Part shown: piece by piece, positions 8,144 to 15,470 of the stretch
Position numbering within the stretch: position 1 is the stretch's first letter
Layout: each line of letters starts with the position of its first letter
Translations under genes and position numbers: made by a program
Virus record (IMG/VR): IMGVR_UViG_3300029080_000073
Length of the DNA stretch: 21,388 bases
Direction: 5' to 3' (one strand)
Origin: a virus
Taxonomy: Duplodnaviria > Heunggongvirae > Uroviricota > Caudoviricetes
The notes under the pieces: model-generated
What the model was told of the DNA's origin: nothing
The model's input: the letters and a program-made list of their open reading frames with translations, nothing else
The model's database searches: none

Positions 8144-9127
8144 TCATGCTTTCCACTTCAGGACACCCGAATTTCTCGCGTGCATTAAAAAACGAATCAG
8201 CAACAACAGCTGGCTGCCGTGTTTTTCTTCAAAATCTTTTACCCCGGCGTGTAGTTCGCTATGGCATTTACGGCACAGCGGAATAACAAACAAATCATCA
8301 GCCTTTGTTCCCATCCCTCCCAGTCCATGACCAATGATGTGATGCGGATCATCTGCCTGATTGCCACACGTCATGCATTTCTGCGTTTTTACCCAGCGCG
8401 TGTATACAGGCATCTCTTCCCGTTGTGGTTTCTGGCGCTGGAGATACTGAGCCGGTGACTCCGGATCAACGGCAATGCTGACCACCGTCTTTTCCTGTGG
8501 CGGGTTTTGCTGGTGGGCGTGAGGCAGTAGCGCAATACTTTTTGTGCGCTGCTTCAGCATGCTGGTGGCGGTCTGCTCTCCCGGCACGATGTCGCTCTCG
8601 CGGTATACTGAGCGAATTTTTTCCGCGCGTAATCCCAGCGAACGACGTAACACCATCTCCGGTAGTGCGTCCGCTACGTTATTTATGGTTGCCCACCAGG
8701 ATAATTCAGCCAGCGATAATTCCCGCTCCTGCGTGCCATTCATTGCGTGGCGGATGACATCAATCATCCATGCTGACAGGTTTTGGTGAGCAAGTTGCTC
8801 GAGTGATTCGGAAGTCTGGTTACGCAGCTGGTTGTCGCAGTGCCAGCACAACACCATCGCGCCGGTACCGTAACGATGTATGACGGTTTCACTGTGATGG
8901 TAGTCACCATGAGGCCACTGGCAGGATTTAACGTGGCGTAACAGCCAGTCAGACAATGCACCAGCACCACCAGCAGCACGAATCACCCGCTCATCGCTGA
9001 AAAATGGCAGTAATGATTTATCCTCCGCCAGCGGCTGGCGAACAGCAGGAACGACTCCGGACGGCAGACCGCGCATGCTTTTCGGTTCCGGCTCCACCAG
9101 AACTCGAGGGTTATGAAATACCTGCAT
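8144..9127 (-). CDS. DUF968 (YdfU-like) protein with C-terminal HNH-like zinc motif
   Basis: C-terminal CMTCGNQADDPHHIIGHGLGG...IPLCRKCHSELH motif; start uncertain (track ORF 8144..9271 overlaps the upstream gene; internal Met chosen). Confidence 0.5.
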   Translation of the reverse strand: MQVFHNPRVLVEPEPKSMRGLPSGVVPAVRQPLAEDKSLLPFFSDERVIRAAGGAGALSDWLLRHVKSCQWPHGDYHHSETVIHRYGTGAMVLCWHCDNQLRNQTSESLEQLAHQNLSAWMIDVIRHAMNGTQERELSLAELSWWATINNVADALPEMVLRRSLGLRAEKIRSVYRESDIVPGEQTATSMLKQRTKSIALLPHAHQQNPPQEKTVVSIAVDPESPAQYLQRQKPQREEMPVYTRWVKTQKCMTCGNQADDPHHIIGHGLGGMGTKADDLFVIPLCRKCHSELHAGVKDFEEKHGSQLLLLIRFLMHARNSGVLKWKA

Positions 9128-9200
9128 GGATTCACGGCCCGGTTTTAGCACCACCAGCCCAAGTTCCGGTACCGGAACAGGTCGAAGTAATACCCGCACG

Positions 9201-9608
9201 TTACCTCCAGATGCGTTGCTGGAATGTGCGGGACGGACGCGGTGGGCGTTCGGAATAAGGGAGCCTGACATAGATTATCCAGTGACGATAATCGAGGCTG
9301 AGGGCTTTCTTAATCTCGTATCCGTGTCTGCGGTAGCGCTGAATCAGCCATTCAGCCTGTTCTTCGGTGCAGGGATCGTGCTGATACCAGTCAGATTTGA
9401 ATGCATGAGAACGCCGCCCGTGCCTGCTGGCAGGGGCGGCAGAGTTATCCGAATTGTAAAATTTGGTATCGTGCGCCATCTGTTTTCTCTGCTGGCGCAG
9501 CAGGTGCCAGTTGTTCAGGCTGACGGATGGATTGTAAACCAGAACGACCAGAAAAAACAAAACCCGCCGAAGCGGGTTAAGTGCGGGTGCGTTGAGGATG
9601 CCTGACAC
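9201..9608 (-). CDS. hypothetical protein between hok and the DUF968 gene (Rem-like position)
   Basis: ORF track only; likely true start at internal MAHDTKF (about 9479). Confidence 0.3.
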   Translation of the reverse strand: MSGILNAPALNPLRRVLFFLVVLVYNPSVSLNNWHLLRQQRKQMAHDTKFYNSDNSAAPASRHGRRSHAFKSDWYQHDPCTEEQAEWLIQRYRRHGYEIKKALSLDYRHWIIYVRLPYSERPPRPSRTFQQRIWR

Positions 9609-9646
9609 ATCAGCGGTGGCGAGGGATTTCTCCCCCGCCGGGTCTC

Positions 9647-9802
9647 TTACTCCTCAGGTTCGTAAGCTGTGAAGACAGCGACCTCCGTCTGGCCGGTTCG
9701 GATTCGTACCTCGCAGAGGTCTTTCCTCGTTACCAGTGCCGTCACTATGACGGTTAAACAGATGACGATCAGGGCGATTAACATCGCCTTTTGCTGCTTC
9801 AT
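9647..9802 (-). CDS. hok: Hok/Gef family type I toxin (51 aa)
   Basis: MKQQKAMLIALIVICLTVIVTALVTRKDLCEVRIRTGQTEVAVFTAYEPEE matches the Hok/Gef family throughout (TM helix plus conserved C-terminal tail). Confidence 0.9.
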   Translation of the reverse strand: MKQQKAMLIALIVICLTVIVTALVTRKDLCEVRIRTGQTEVAVFTAYEPEE

Positions 9803-9859
9803 AGCCTGCTTCTCCTTGCCTTTCGGCACGTAAGAGGCTAACCTACATTTGTGAGACAT
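9647..9859 (-). CDS. mok: mok-like overlapping reading frame
   Basis: In-frame upstream extension (MSHKCRLASYVPKGKEKQA) of the hok ORF, as in hok/mok/sok loci. Confidence 0.55.
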   Translation of the reverse strand: MSHKCRLASYVPKGKEKQAMKQQKAMLIALIVICLTVIVTALVTRKDLCEVRIRTGQTEVAVFTAYEPEE

Positions 9860-9975
9860 AGATTGGGCCTCAGATTAATGTTAAGCGTCTTGCAGGACGC
9901 GTAATGTTAACTGGGGCTTTTCTCTATCTGCCTTTTGGTGTTCATGCCTGAGACAGATAGCCTCAAGCACCCGCA
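9860..9975 (+). ncRNA. sok: hok mRNA leader / predicted Sok antisense RNA region (exact ends not mapped)
   Basis: Region upstream of mok carries GCUUGAGGCU-like 5' end and local hairpins expected of the hok leader; Sok would lie on the opposite strand here. Confidence 0.3.
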
Positions 9976-10061
9976 GTTATTCTACTTAACTAAGATTTCC
10001 CCGCAAACCGTTTTTGTCCGGCACAGTAAATATCCAACTAAACCAATGGCGTTCGCTGTAT

Positions 10062-10241
10062 TTACCGCCAGCATTCAATGCACATGACCGCCATGAACAC
10101 CCCTAAAAAAAGGGCATTTATATGTCCAAACATTAATATCAAAACATCAATTTTTTCCATATACCTTGCTGTGAAGATGATGGGCATACATGATGCGAAC
10201 AACCAGAACGCAACAAACAAAAACTGCAATGCGTTTTTCAT
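10062..10241 (-). CDS. hypothetical small membrane protein (59 aa), AT-rich
   Basis: ATG preceded by GGGGGA; two hydrophobic segments; track ORF 10062..10280 uses an upstream GTG. Confidence 0.3.
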   Translation of the reverse strand: MKNALQFLFVAFWLFASCMPIIFTARYMEKIDVLILMFGHINALFLGVFMAVMCIECWR

Positions 10242-10361
10242 TATTCCCCCTACAATCAATGTGCAATAACATTTAAACACACCTCAATTTGGCCGGACAT
10301 ATAAATATCTAAACCAGAAAAAATCACTTACATAGCGTTACAAACTCTTTAGTCTAAATAT

Positions 10362-10877
10362 TCATCGTAAAACATCCTCCACGCTTATCAGTCCATTTCG
10401 TTTCAGGTAATCCATCGCCTTCTCCGGTAATTTGCAGTCCGGCTGAGCTTTTTTCAGTTGACTGACCAGTCGTTTAACCCACATTGTTAATTCGCTAACC
10501 TGATTGCCGGATGCTGGTGGATTGTCGGCTTTACCCAGAATGGCAGCGCAGCAGGCCTCTCTGAGCACCCAGTCAACAGCATCCTTCCATGCTCCTGTTT
10601 CGACTGGCGGATTCTCACGCTTTACCTGTTCATAAAAGCGCACGGCTTTAACCAGTCCTTCTGATGTCACCGGGACTGGCGGGCCGATGAATAAGGCCTG
10701 AATTTCATAGTTCGGCCTGTCGTTACAATCCTCTTTTGTCGGTACATATTTCCAGTCACCAGCCCACGGCTTCCCCTGAAAGTCTGTAACGTCTTTTTTC
10801 ACGTAGCGATATCGCCATGCAACTGGTTTTGCCTGCCCTGCCGTTTCATGCCCTTCCTGATAATTAATCTCGCTCAT
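10362..10877 (-). CDS. hypothetical protein (171 aa), nin-region-like
   Basis: ORF track; start overlaps stop of the upstream small ORF (ATGA). Confidence 0.5.
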   Translation of the reverse strand: MSEINYQEGHETAGQAKPVAWRYRYVKKDVTDFQGKPWAGDWKYVPTKEDCNDRPNYEIQALFIGPPVPVTSEGLVKAVRFYEQVKRENPPVETGAWKDAVDWVLREACCAAILGKADNPPASGNQVSELTMWVKRLVSQLKKAQPDCKLPEKAMDYLKRNGLISVEDVLR

Positions 10878-11050
10878 TCATCGCCCCACTCATCACAATA
10901 TGCTTCGACCGGAGTTTTTCCTGCTTCATAATCATCACGCCATGCTTCAGCATCAGCAGCACTGCCACCACGTAACTCTGCATAGTCCATTAACAGTTCA
11001 TGCCATTCTTCAAAACTGACGTTGTATTTAGTTGAACCAAAATCAGCCAT
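10874..11050 (-). CDS. hypothetical small acidic protein (58 aa)
   Basis: Hand translation MADFGSTKYNVSFEEWHELLMDYAELRGGSAADAEAWRDDYEAGKTPVEAYCDEWGDE; 16 of 58 residues acidic; coupled stop/start with next gene. Confidence 0.35.
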   Translation of the reverse strand: MADFGSTKYNVSFEEWHELLMDYAELRGGSAADAEAWRDDYEAGKTPVEAYCDEWGDE

Positions 11051-11225
11051 TTTGTTCTTCCTCTTCGTCTTTTATTTCGTGATATGAGTAATTGCAGTAG
11101 TTAAAGAAAATATCTTTTGCTTCGTCATGTATTTCATCAGGCGTCGCATCATCATCCACTTCGAATTCATCCTCGAAATCTCCACCGGCTATTCCCGTTT
11201 CAATAATTATTTTAAACTTTCGCAT
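11043..11225 (-). CDS. hypothetical small highly acidic protein (60 aa)
   Basis: ORF track; 20 of 60 residues are D/E (FEDEFEVDDDATPDEIHDE ... KDEEEEQ); AT-rich. Confidence 0.35.
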   Translation of the reverse strand: MRKFKIIIETGIAGGDFEDEFEVDDDATPDEIHDEAKDIFFNYCNYSYHEIKDEEEEQNG

Positions 11226-11318
11226 TTAACTACCGCCCTTTCGGGCGGCCTCCTGATGTTCTGAGGGTGCAGAAATCCCTCCGGTTAAGGATTAAATTTT
11301 TAACAGAGCTAAATTTAA

Positions 11319-11675
11319 TTATTCAGTTCTGGATTTTGTCGCCCTGCGTATCCGCGCTTTCGCGTTACGCTCAATCTGAATTAGCTTTTCTATATTTTTT
11401 CGCCTTTCCCGCTCCTCCTGACGCAAGAGCCTTACATCATCTGCCAGTCTGGTTTCTCTTTTCGCCACAGAGAGCATCCAGTCAAATGGCTCCACAACTG
11501 CACCGCAGATTTTACAGCGGACCTGACGCTCTTTTTCGTCAACCCGGACAGAGGCGTGATGACAATATGGTCTTTCCGATGGCTCATAAAGAAAATTAAC
11601 CTGATTACGAGGGTCATCCTCTTTTACCGGAAATAAAACGATATTGCTTAACTCATCCTCTGGTTTTATTTCCAT
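11319..11675 (-). CDS. hypothetical zinc-ribbon protein with basic coiled-coil tail
   Basis: C-H-H ... C-K-I-C pattern followed by an R/K/E-rich C-terminus. Confidence 0.45.
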   Translation of the reverse strand: MEIKPEDELSNIVLFPVKEDDPRNQVNFLYEPSERPYCHHASVRVDEKERQVRCKICGAVVEPFDWMLSVAKRETRLADDVRLLRQEERERRKNIEKLIQIERNAKARIRRATKSRTE

Positions 11676-11755
11676 GCTCCTCTCCTTTGATGCGAATGCC
11701 AGCGACGCGTAATGCGTGTTCTAGGTCAATCAGGTAAAGCCAACTGCCATTTTCT

Positions 11756-11950
11756 TTAGGTACCCGAACGATTCAGGATTTTTTCCACCCGCAACTGGCG
11801 ATTCTGGCGGTTGATCTCCTCGCTACGTTTTCGCCCTTCTGCCAGTTGCCACTCGCGCCACTCGTCCACTGTCCGGTACGGCGCGATTACATGCTGCGGG
11901 GTCAGCTTACGGATACGCTCAAGAACACCACCTGTCGCGATATTTTTCAT
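11756..11950 (-). CDS. hypothetical small protein (64 aa)
   Basis: ORF track; starts 7 bp after the replication gene stop. Confidence 0.35.
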   Translation of the reverse strand: MKNIATGGVLERIRKLTPQHVIAPYRTVDEWREWQLAEGRKRSEEINRQNRQLRVEKILNRSGT

Positions 11951-11956
11951 GGCCCG

Positions 11957-12922
11957 TTACCCCCTGAACCCCGGCGGAATTTCGGTATCCGGCTCAGAAA
12001 TATGATTCACGCAACGCTGTACAGACGAACGCCCCAGGCGGATAACCAGTTCATCCCATTTTTCGCGAAGCTTTGACGGACTCATGATATTTTTTACCCA
12101 GAATGGATCCCGCTGCGCCCGACCAAACATTTCACAAATTTGTCTGTGAGTTCTGCCATCCAGCATCCGCATTGTGCGCACGTCGTTGGCCCATGCGGTC
12201 CAGTTGGGTTCTTTCGGTCGCGAAATCTCGCCATCATCGCTGGCGGCCTGCTCGTAAAGACTCACGATTCGTCCCCAGATCCACTGCGCACACGCCAAAT
12301 CTTCCTGGTTGCCCCACTGGCGTTTTTTTGCACTGAACACAACCGCGTCAGGGTGTCGGGTTAAAAAATCCTGTTCAACCGTCTGCGGGTCCGGTTGCGA
12401 AGCTTCCGGACGAGAAGTGTTTTTATTCTCTGTAGTAATCTCTGTTGTATTCTCTGTAAGATCATCAGGCCATTTTGACCCGATGACATTGAGTCGTTTT
12501 GAACCAATGGAACGTGCCATTTTGGCCCCTTCCATCGTGTCATTCTGACCTGATGGAGCAGCGCATTTTGACCTGATGGATTCGCTCACTTTGCCACCAT
12601 TTAAAAGCTCGCTCTCGTAATTAATCGTGTAAAAATTAGTCATATCACGCTTTGATTTATTGAGCTTTTCGCAACGCAAAAGCCCCAGCGTTTTCAGACT
12701 TGCAAATGCGCGTTTTAACGTTGACTCTGACCAGAACGGGAACTGCTCCAGCCATTGTTCTGTTGTGTTATAAATCCAGCGAACACCATCACATTCCATG
12801 CCGGAACCGGTATCTCTCAACCAGTAATGCAACTGCTGCAACACGATGGCTTCGTTCAGACCAATTTTCATCGCCAGCTGCGTGTTTATAACCAGCGGAC
12901 GTTCAGCAAAAAGGAGCTTCAT
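11957..12922 (-). CDS. phage replication initiation protein (O-like winged-helix N-domain, DnaT-like C-region)
   Basis: N-terminal winged-helix-like segment; gene contains internal iteron-like repeats plus an AT-rich tract, like the lambda O gene with ori. Confidence 0.6.
   Translation of the reverse strand: MKLLFAERPLVINTQLAMKIGLNEAIVLQQLHYWLRDTGSGMECDGVRWIYNTTEQWLEQFPFWSESTLKRAFASLKTLGLLRCEKLNKSKRDMTNFYTINYESELLNGGKVSESIRSKCAAPSGQNDTMEGAKMARSIGSKRLNVIGSKWPDDLTENTTEITTENKNTSRPEASQPDPQTVEQDFLTRHPDAVVFSAKKRQWGNQEDLACAQWIWGRIVSLYEQAASDDGEISRPKEPNWTAWANDVRTMRMLDGRTHRQICEMFGRAQRDPFWVKNIMSPSKLREKWDELVIRLGRSSVQRCVNHISEPDTEIPPGFRG
12461..12572. repeat. iteron-like direct repeats (candidate ori) inside the replication gene
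   Basis: Three good copies of CATT(T/C)TGACC(C/T)GATG(A/G) at about 12461, 12531, 12554 plus a degenerate copy near 12508, followed by an AT-rich tract to about 12665. Confidence 0.5.
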
Positions 12923-12943
12923 CCCCCCCCCCAGAACACGTTA

Positions 12944-13369
12944 TCAATGCGCCACCACGGCATTTCCCGCCGGACCACCACGATTCATCTGATCGAACAA
13001 CACGATCGCTGCCGCAACAAACTCATCGATATCTTTCACCAGGCGCTCCCGTCGCTCGACAAGCTCCCGGTGATATTCCGAACTGTGGCTGCGCATTCGG
13101 GCCACCAGTGGAGGCGGCATTGCTTTTTCGATCGCCGGTAACAACGCCTGAATTTTTTTAACCGCATCAGGGGTGTCTTTTTCTACCCAGCGGAAAATTT
13201 TCTGGGTATTACGAGACAGGGCTTCCGGATGGCTGTCGTCATACAGTTCAGGAAACGTCATACCCAACTCAAAATAAGCCTGGGTTATTCCAGCTACTGG
13301 AACTTTTTCGCCATCAGGACGCGCCCAGGCATTCATCGCCATGCGGATGTGTTCATGCTTGATTTTCAT
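12944..13369 (-). CDS. YdaT-like protein (CII-position)
   Basis: N-terminus MKIKHEHI and size (141 aa) as remembered for Rac YdaT; directly downstream of the Cro-like gene. Confidence 0.55.
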   Translation of the reverse strand: MKIKHEHIRMAMNAWARPDGEKVPVAGITQAYFELGMTFPELYDDSHPEALSRNTQKIFRWVEKDTPDAVKKIQALLPAIEKAMPPPLVARMRSHSSEYHRELVERRERLVKDIDEFVAAAIVLFDQMNRGGPAGNAVVAH

Positions 13370-13625
13370 GAATCAACTCCGGTGCATTTGATGTGTTAAC
13401 CTTGAATCCAACAGGTAAACCGTCGGTTGGGTTAGGATAAATATCAGGGCGAATTTCATGCGGGGTAACTTCCCACTTCATTAGCTGACATAACGGAATT
13501 ACCTGCTTTGGGGGAACGTCAAAGCTAAACCATTGCCAAACTGTCTGTTGAGCGACCCCCATATAACGACCTATTTCAGCTTGAGTGTATTTCTGCCTAA
13601 TTTTTTCGCGAGTGCTATCTAGCAT
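13353..13625 (-). CDS. Cro/YdaS-like HTH regulator
   Basis: HTH segment QAEIGRYMGVAQQTVWQW; divergent from the repressor gene across the operator. Confidence 0.6.
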   Translation of the reverse strand: MLDSTREKIRQKYTQAEIGRYMGVAQQTVWQWFSFDVPPKQVIPLCQLMKWEVTPHEIRPDIYPNPTDGLPVGFKVNTSNAPELIHENQA

Positions 13626-13661
13626 TTTGCTCTCCTCTAAAAAACTATAAGCAAAACCTAC

Positions 13662-13696
13662 AATAAAAAACTGTACACAATCAACAGTTTTTTATT
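13662..13696. promoter_or_regulatory. operator 1: perfect 13-bp inverted repeat with 9-bp spacer in the divergent promoter region
   Basis: AATAAAAAACTGT-acacaatca-ACAGTTTTTTATT between the Cro-like and repressor genes. Confidence 0.6.
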
Positions 13697-13734
13697 GTGA
13701 TGCTTTTAACAGTATTTACCTGTAAAATTGAATA

Positions 13735-14136
13735 ATGATGAACGCCCTAGAAGTATCTATGTACAGAATCAGCAAGCTTCTTCAGGAAACTGGATGGAGC
13801 CAGGCTGAGCTTGCCCGTAGAATTGGTGTGACACAACAAACTGTTCAACAATGGGTCAGCGGTAAGGCTACACCTAAAGCCTCAAGTTTGGATAAACTGG
13901 TTGAGGTTACAGGGCATCCATTGCATTGGTTTTTATTGCCTCCTGAAGAGGGGGAGCAAATTTTCACCCCTGACACGATGAAAATTGGTCCTCGTCAACG
14001 CGAACTGCTCCAGGCTTTTAGTGCGTTTCCAGAGGAAGACCAAGAAAAAATGCTTCAAGAAATCAAAGACAAGAAAAAATCAATGGAAGAAACCATTGCC
14101 CGGTGGTTGGCGGCACAAAAAAGCCGCCGGGCGTGA
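13735..14136 (+). CDS. DicA/cI-like XRE-family HTH repressor
   Basis: HTH (SQAELARRIGVTQQTVQQWVSG) plus C-terminal region laid out as in DicA; ATG sits about 7 bp after a TAAAAT -10-like hexamer, suggesting a leaderless mRNA. Confidence 0.7.
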   Translation: MMNALEVSMYRISKLLQETGWSQAELARRIGVTQQTVQQWVSGKATPKASSLDKLVEVTGHPLHWFLLPPEEGEQIFTPDTMKIGPRQRELLQAFSAFPEEDQEKMLQEIKDKKKSMEETIARWLAAQKSRRA

Positions 14137-14163
14137 CCACAGTACAAGAAGAGGAGTTATGCC

Positions 14164-14355
14164 ATGAGTACAGCCCTTTCTCCGATAGTTTCAGAATTCG
14201 AAACTACCGAACAAGAAAACAGTTACAACGAATGGTTACGCGCTAAAGTGGCGTCAAGCCTTGCAGACCCTCGTCCCTCAATTCCACATGATGAGGTAAT
14301 GGCTGAAATGGAGAATCTTATTGCTCAAATTGCTGTAACTAACAGGAGCGAGTAA
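14164..14355 (+). CDS. type II antitoxin (ParD/RelB-like)
   Basis: 63-aa ORF whose stop overlaps the toxin start (ATGA), directly upstream of a ParE/RelE-fold toxin. Confidence 0.55.
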   Translation: MSTALSPIVSEFETTEQENSYNEWLRAKVASSLADPRPSIPHDEVMAEMENLIAQIAVTNRSE

Positions 14356-14642
14356 TGTTACCCATTTTGTGGCTACCATCTGCTCGCGATGATTTGCGTC
14401 AGATCGTAGCCTATATTGCTAAGGAAAATATTCCTGCAGCACGCAGACTAAAAATACGGATTGAAACGTCTGTTTTAGCCCTCTCTGAGCATCCATATCT
14501 ATATCCGCCAAGTGATCGAGTATCCGGTTTGCGGGAAATTGTGGTTCACCCTAATTATATCGTTTTGTACCGAGTAGCAGCTTCAAGCATTGAAATTGCA
14601 AATATTGTGCATGCCCGCCGACAATTTCCCTTCCCTATCTGA
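14355..14642 (+). CDS. type II toxin, ParE/RelE superfamily
   Basis: 95 aa; DDLRQIVAYIAKENIPAARRL ... GLREIVVHPNYIVLYRV ... IANIVHARR matches the ParE/RelE pattern. Confidence 0.7.
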   Translation: MLPILWLPSARDDLRQIVAYIAKENIPAARRLKIRIETSVLALSEHPYLYPPSDRVSGLREIVVHPNYIVLYRVAASSIEIANIVHARRQFPFPI

Positions 14643-14655
14643 ACTGAACAATTTT

Positions 14656-14688
14656 CACACCCCCTCATTCGAGGGGGTTTTTTTGTCC
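14656..14688 (+). terminator. intrinsic terminator after the toxin gene
   Basis: Stem cccctc / gaggggg with 4-nt loop followed by a 7-T run. Confidence 0.65.
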
Positions 14689-14695
14689 AACACAA

Positions 14696-14738
14696 CAATT
14701 AAAAACTGTTGACACAAAACAGTTTTTAATTGTAGATT
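14696..14738 (+). promoter_or_regulatory. operator 2 overlapping a sigma70-like promoter for the ydfA-dicB operon
   Basis: Perfect 14-bp inverted repeat CAATTAAAAACTGT-tgacacaaa-ACAGTTTTTAATTG; TTGACA (14709..14714) inside it, 17-18 bp before a TAGATT-like -10. Confidence 0.55.
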
Positions 14739-14914
14739 ATTTCCACTACCCCACCCCGCCCCACAGAACGCAGGGCAATACTTCGAGTTACCCGGCAGTG
14801 GTCAGGGGTTAAGTAGCCAGCCCGAGGCGTAAGAACATGACGGCAGGGTTCAACTTTAACTATGCAGCAGGTTTTTGTTCCGCTACCCCGGCGTTAAGGG
14901 GAAATGAGGTCAGC

Positions 14915-15070
14915 ATGGATACTATCGATCTTGGCAACAACGAATCTCTGGTGTGCGGCGTGTTTCCCAATCAGGACGGCACGTTCACCGCGATGACGTA
15001 TACCAAAAGCAAAACGCTTAAAACCGAAAATGGTGCCCGTCGCTGGCTGGAAAGAAACTCAGGTGAGTGA
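14915..15070 (+). CDS. ydfA: YdfA-like small protein (51 aa)
   Basis: Internal Met MDTIDLGNNESLVCGV... preceded by GAGGT; length and position match Qin ydfA (track ORF 14837..15070). Confidence 0.55.
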   Translation: MDTIDLGNNESLVCGVFPNQDGTFTAMTYTKSKTLKTENGARRWLERNSGE

Positions 15071-15071
15071 T

Positions 15072-15200
15072 ATGGATTTCAACACAATCATGGAAAAGGC
15101 TTACGAAGAATACTTCGAAGGCCTTGCCGAAGGCGAAGAAGCCCTCAGCTTCAGCGAATTTAAACAGGCGCTTTCCAGTTCGGCAAAATCTAACGGCTGA
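15072..15200 (+). CDS. ydfB: YdfB-like small protein (42 aa)
   Basis: Hand translation MDFNTIMEKAYEEYFEGLAEGEEALSFSEFKQALSSSAKSNG; starts 2 bp after previous stop; below track cutoff. Confidence 0.5.
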   Translation: MDFNTIMEKAYEEYFEGLAEGEEALSFSEFKQALSSSAKSNG

Positions 15201-15229
15201 TAAGCGAAGCAGCACCGCGAGGAATCAGT

Positions 15230-15448
15230 ATGCAGAAACGAGAACCCGTCATCATCGCGCCAGACTATACCGATGATGAACTTTATGAGTGGATGCACCA
15301 GAAAATTAAGGCTGCGCAGGACCTGAAATGGGCCAATGAAGCCAGGGCTAAGCAGGCTGAAAATCTGTCCGCTCTGGAGCAGGATATCACCAATCTGGAA
15401 AAAGCAGCGGCATTAAGCATTGCCAGAATGATTACATACCCACGTTAA
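15230..15448 (+). CDS. ydfC: YdfC-like protein (72 aa)
   Basis: 72-aa ORF in the ydfA-ydfB-ydfC order of the Qin dicB operon. Confidence 0.55.
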   Translation: MQKREPVIIAPDYTDDELYEWMHQKIKAAQDLKWANEARAKQAENLSALEQDITNLEKAAALSIARMITYPR

Positions 15449-15470
15449 TGGTTAACCAACGAGGCTAATA

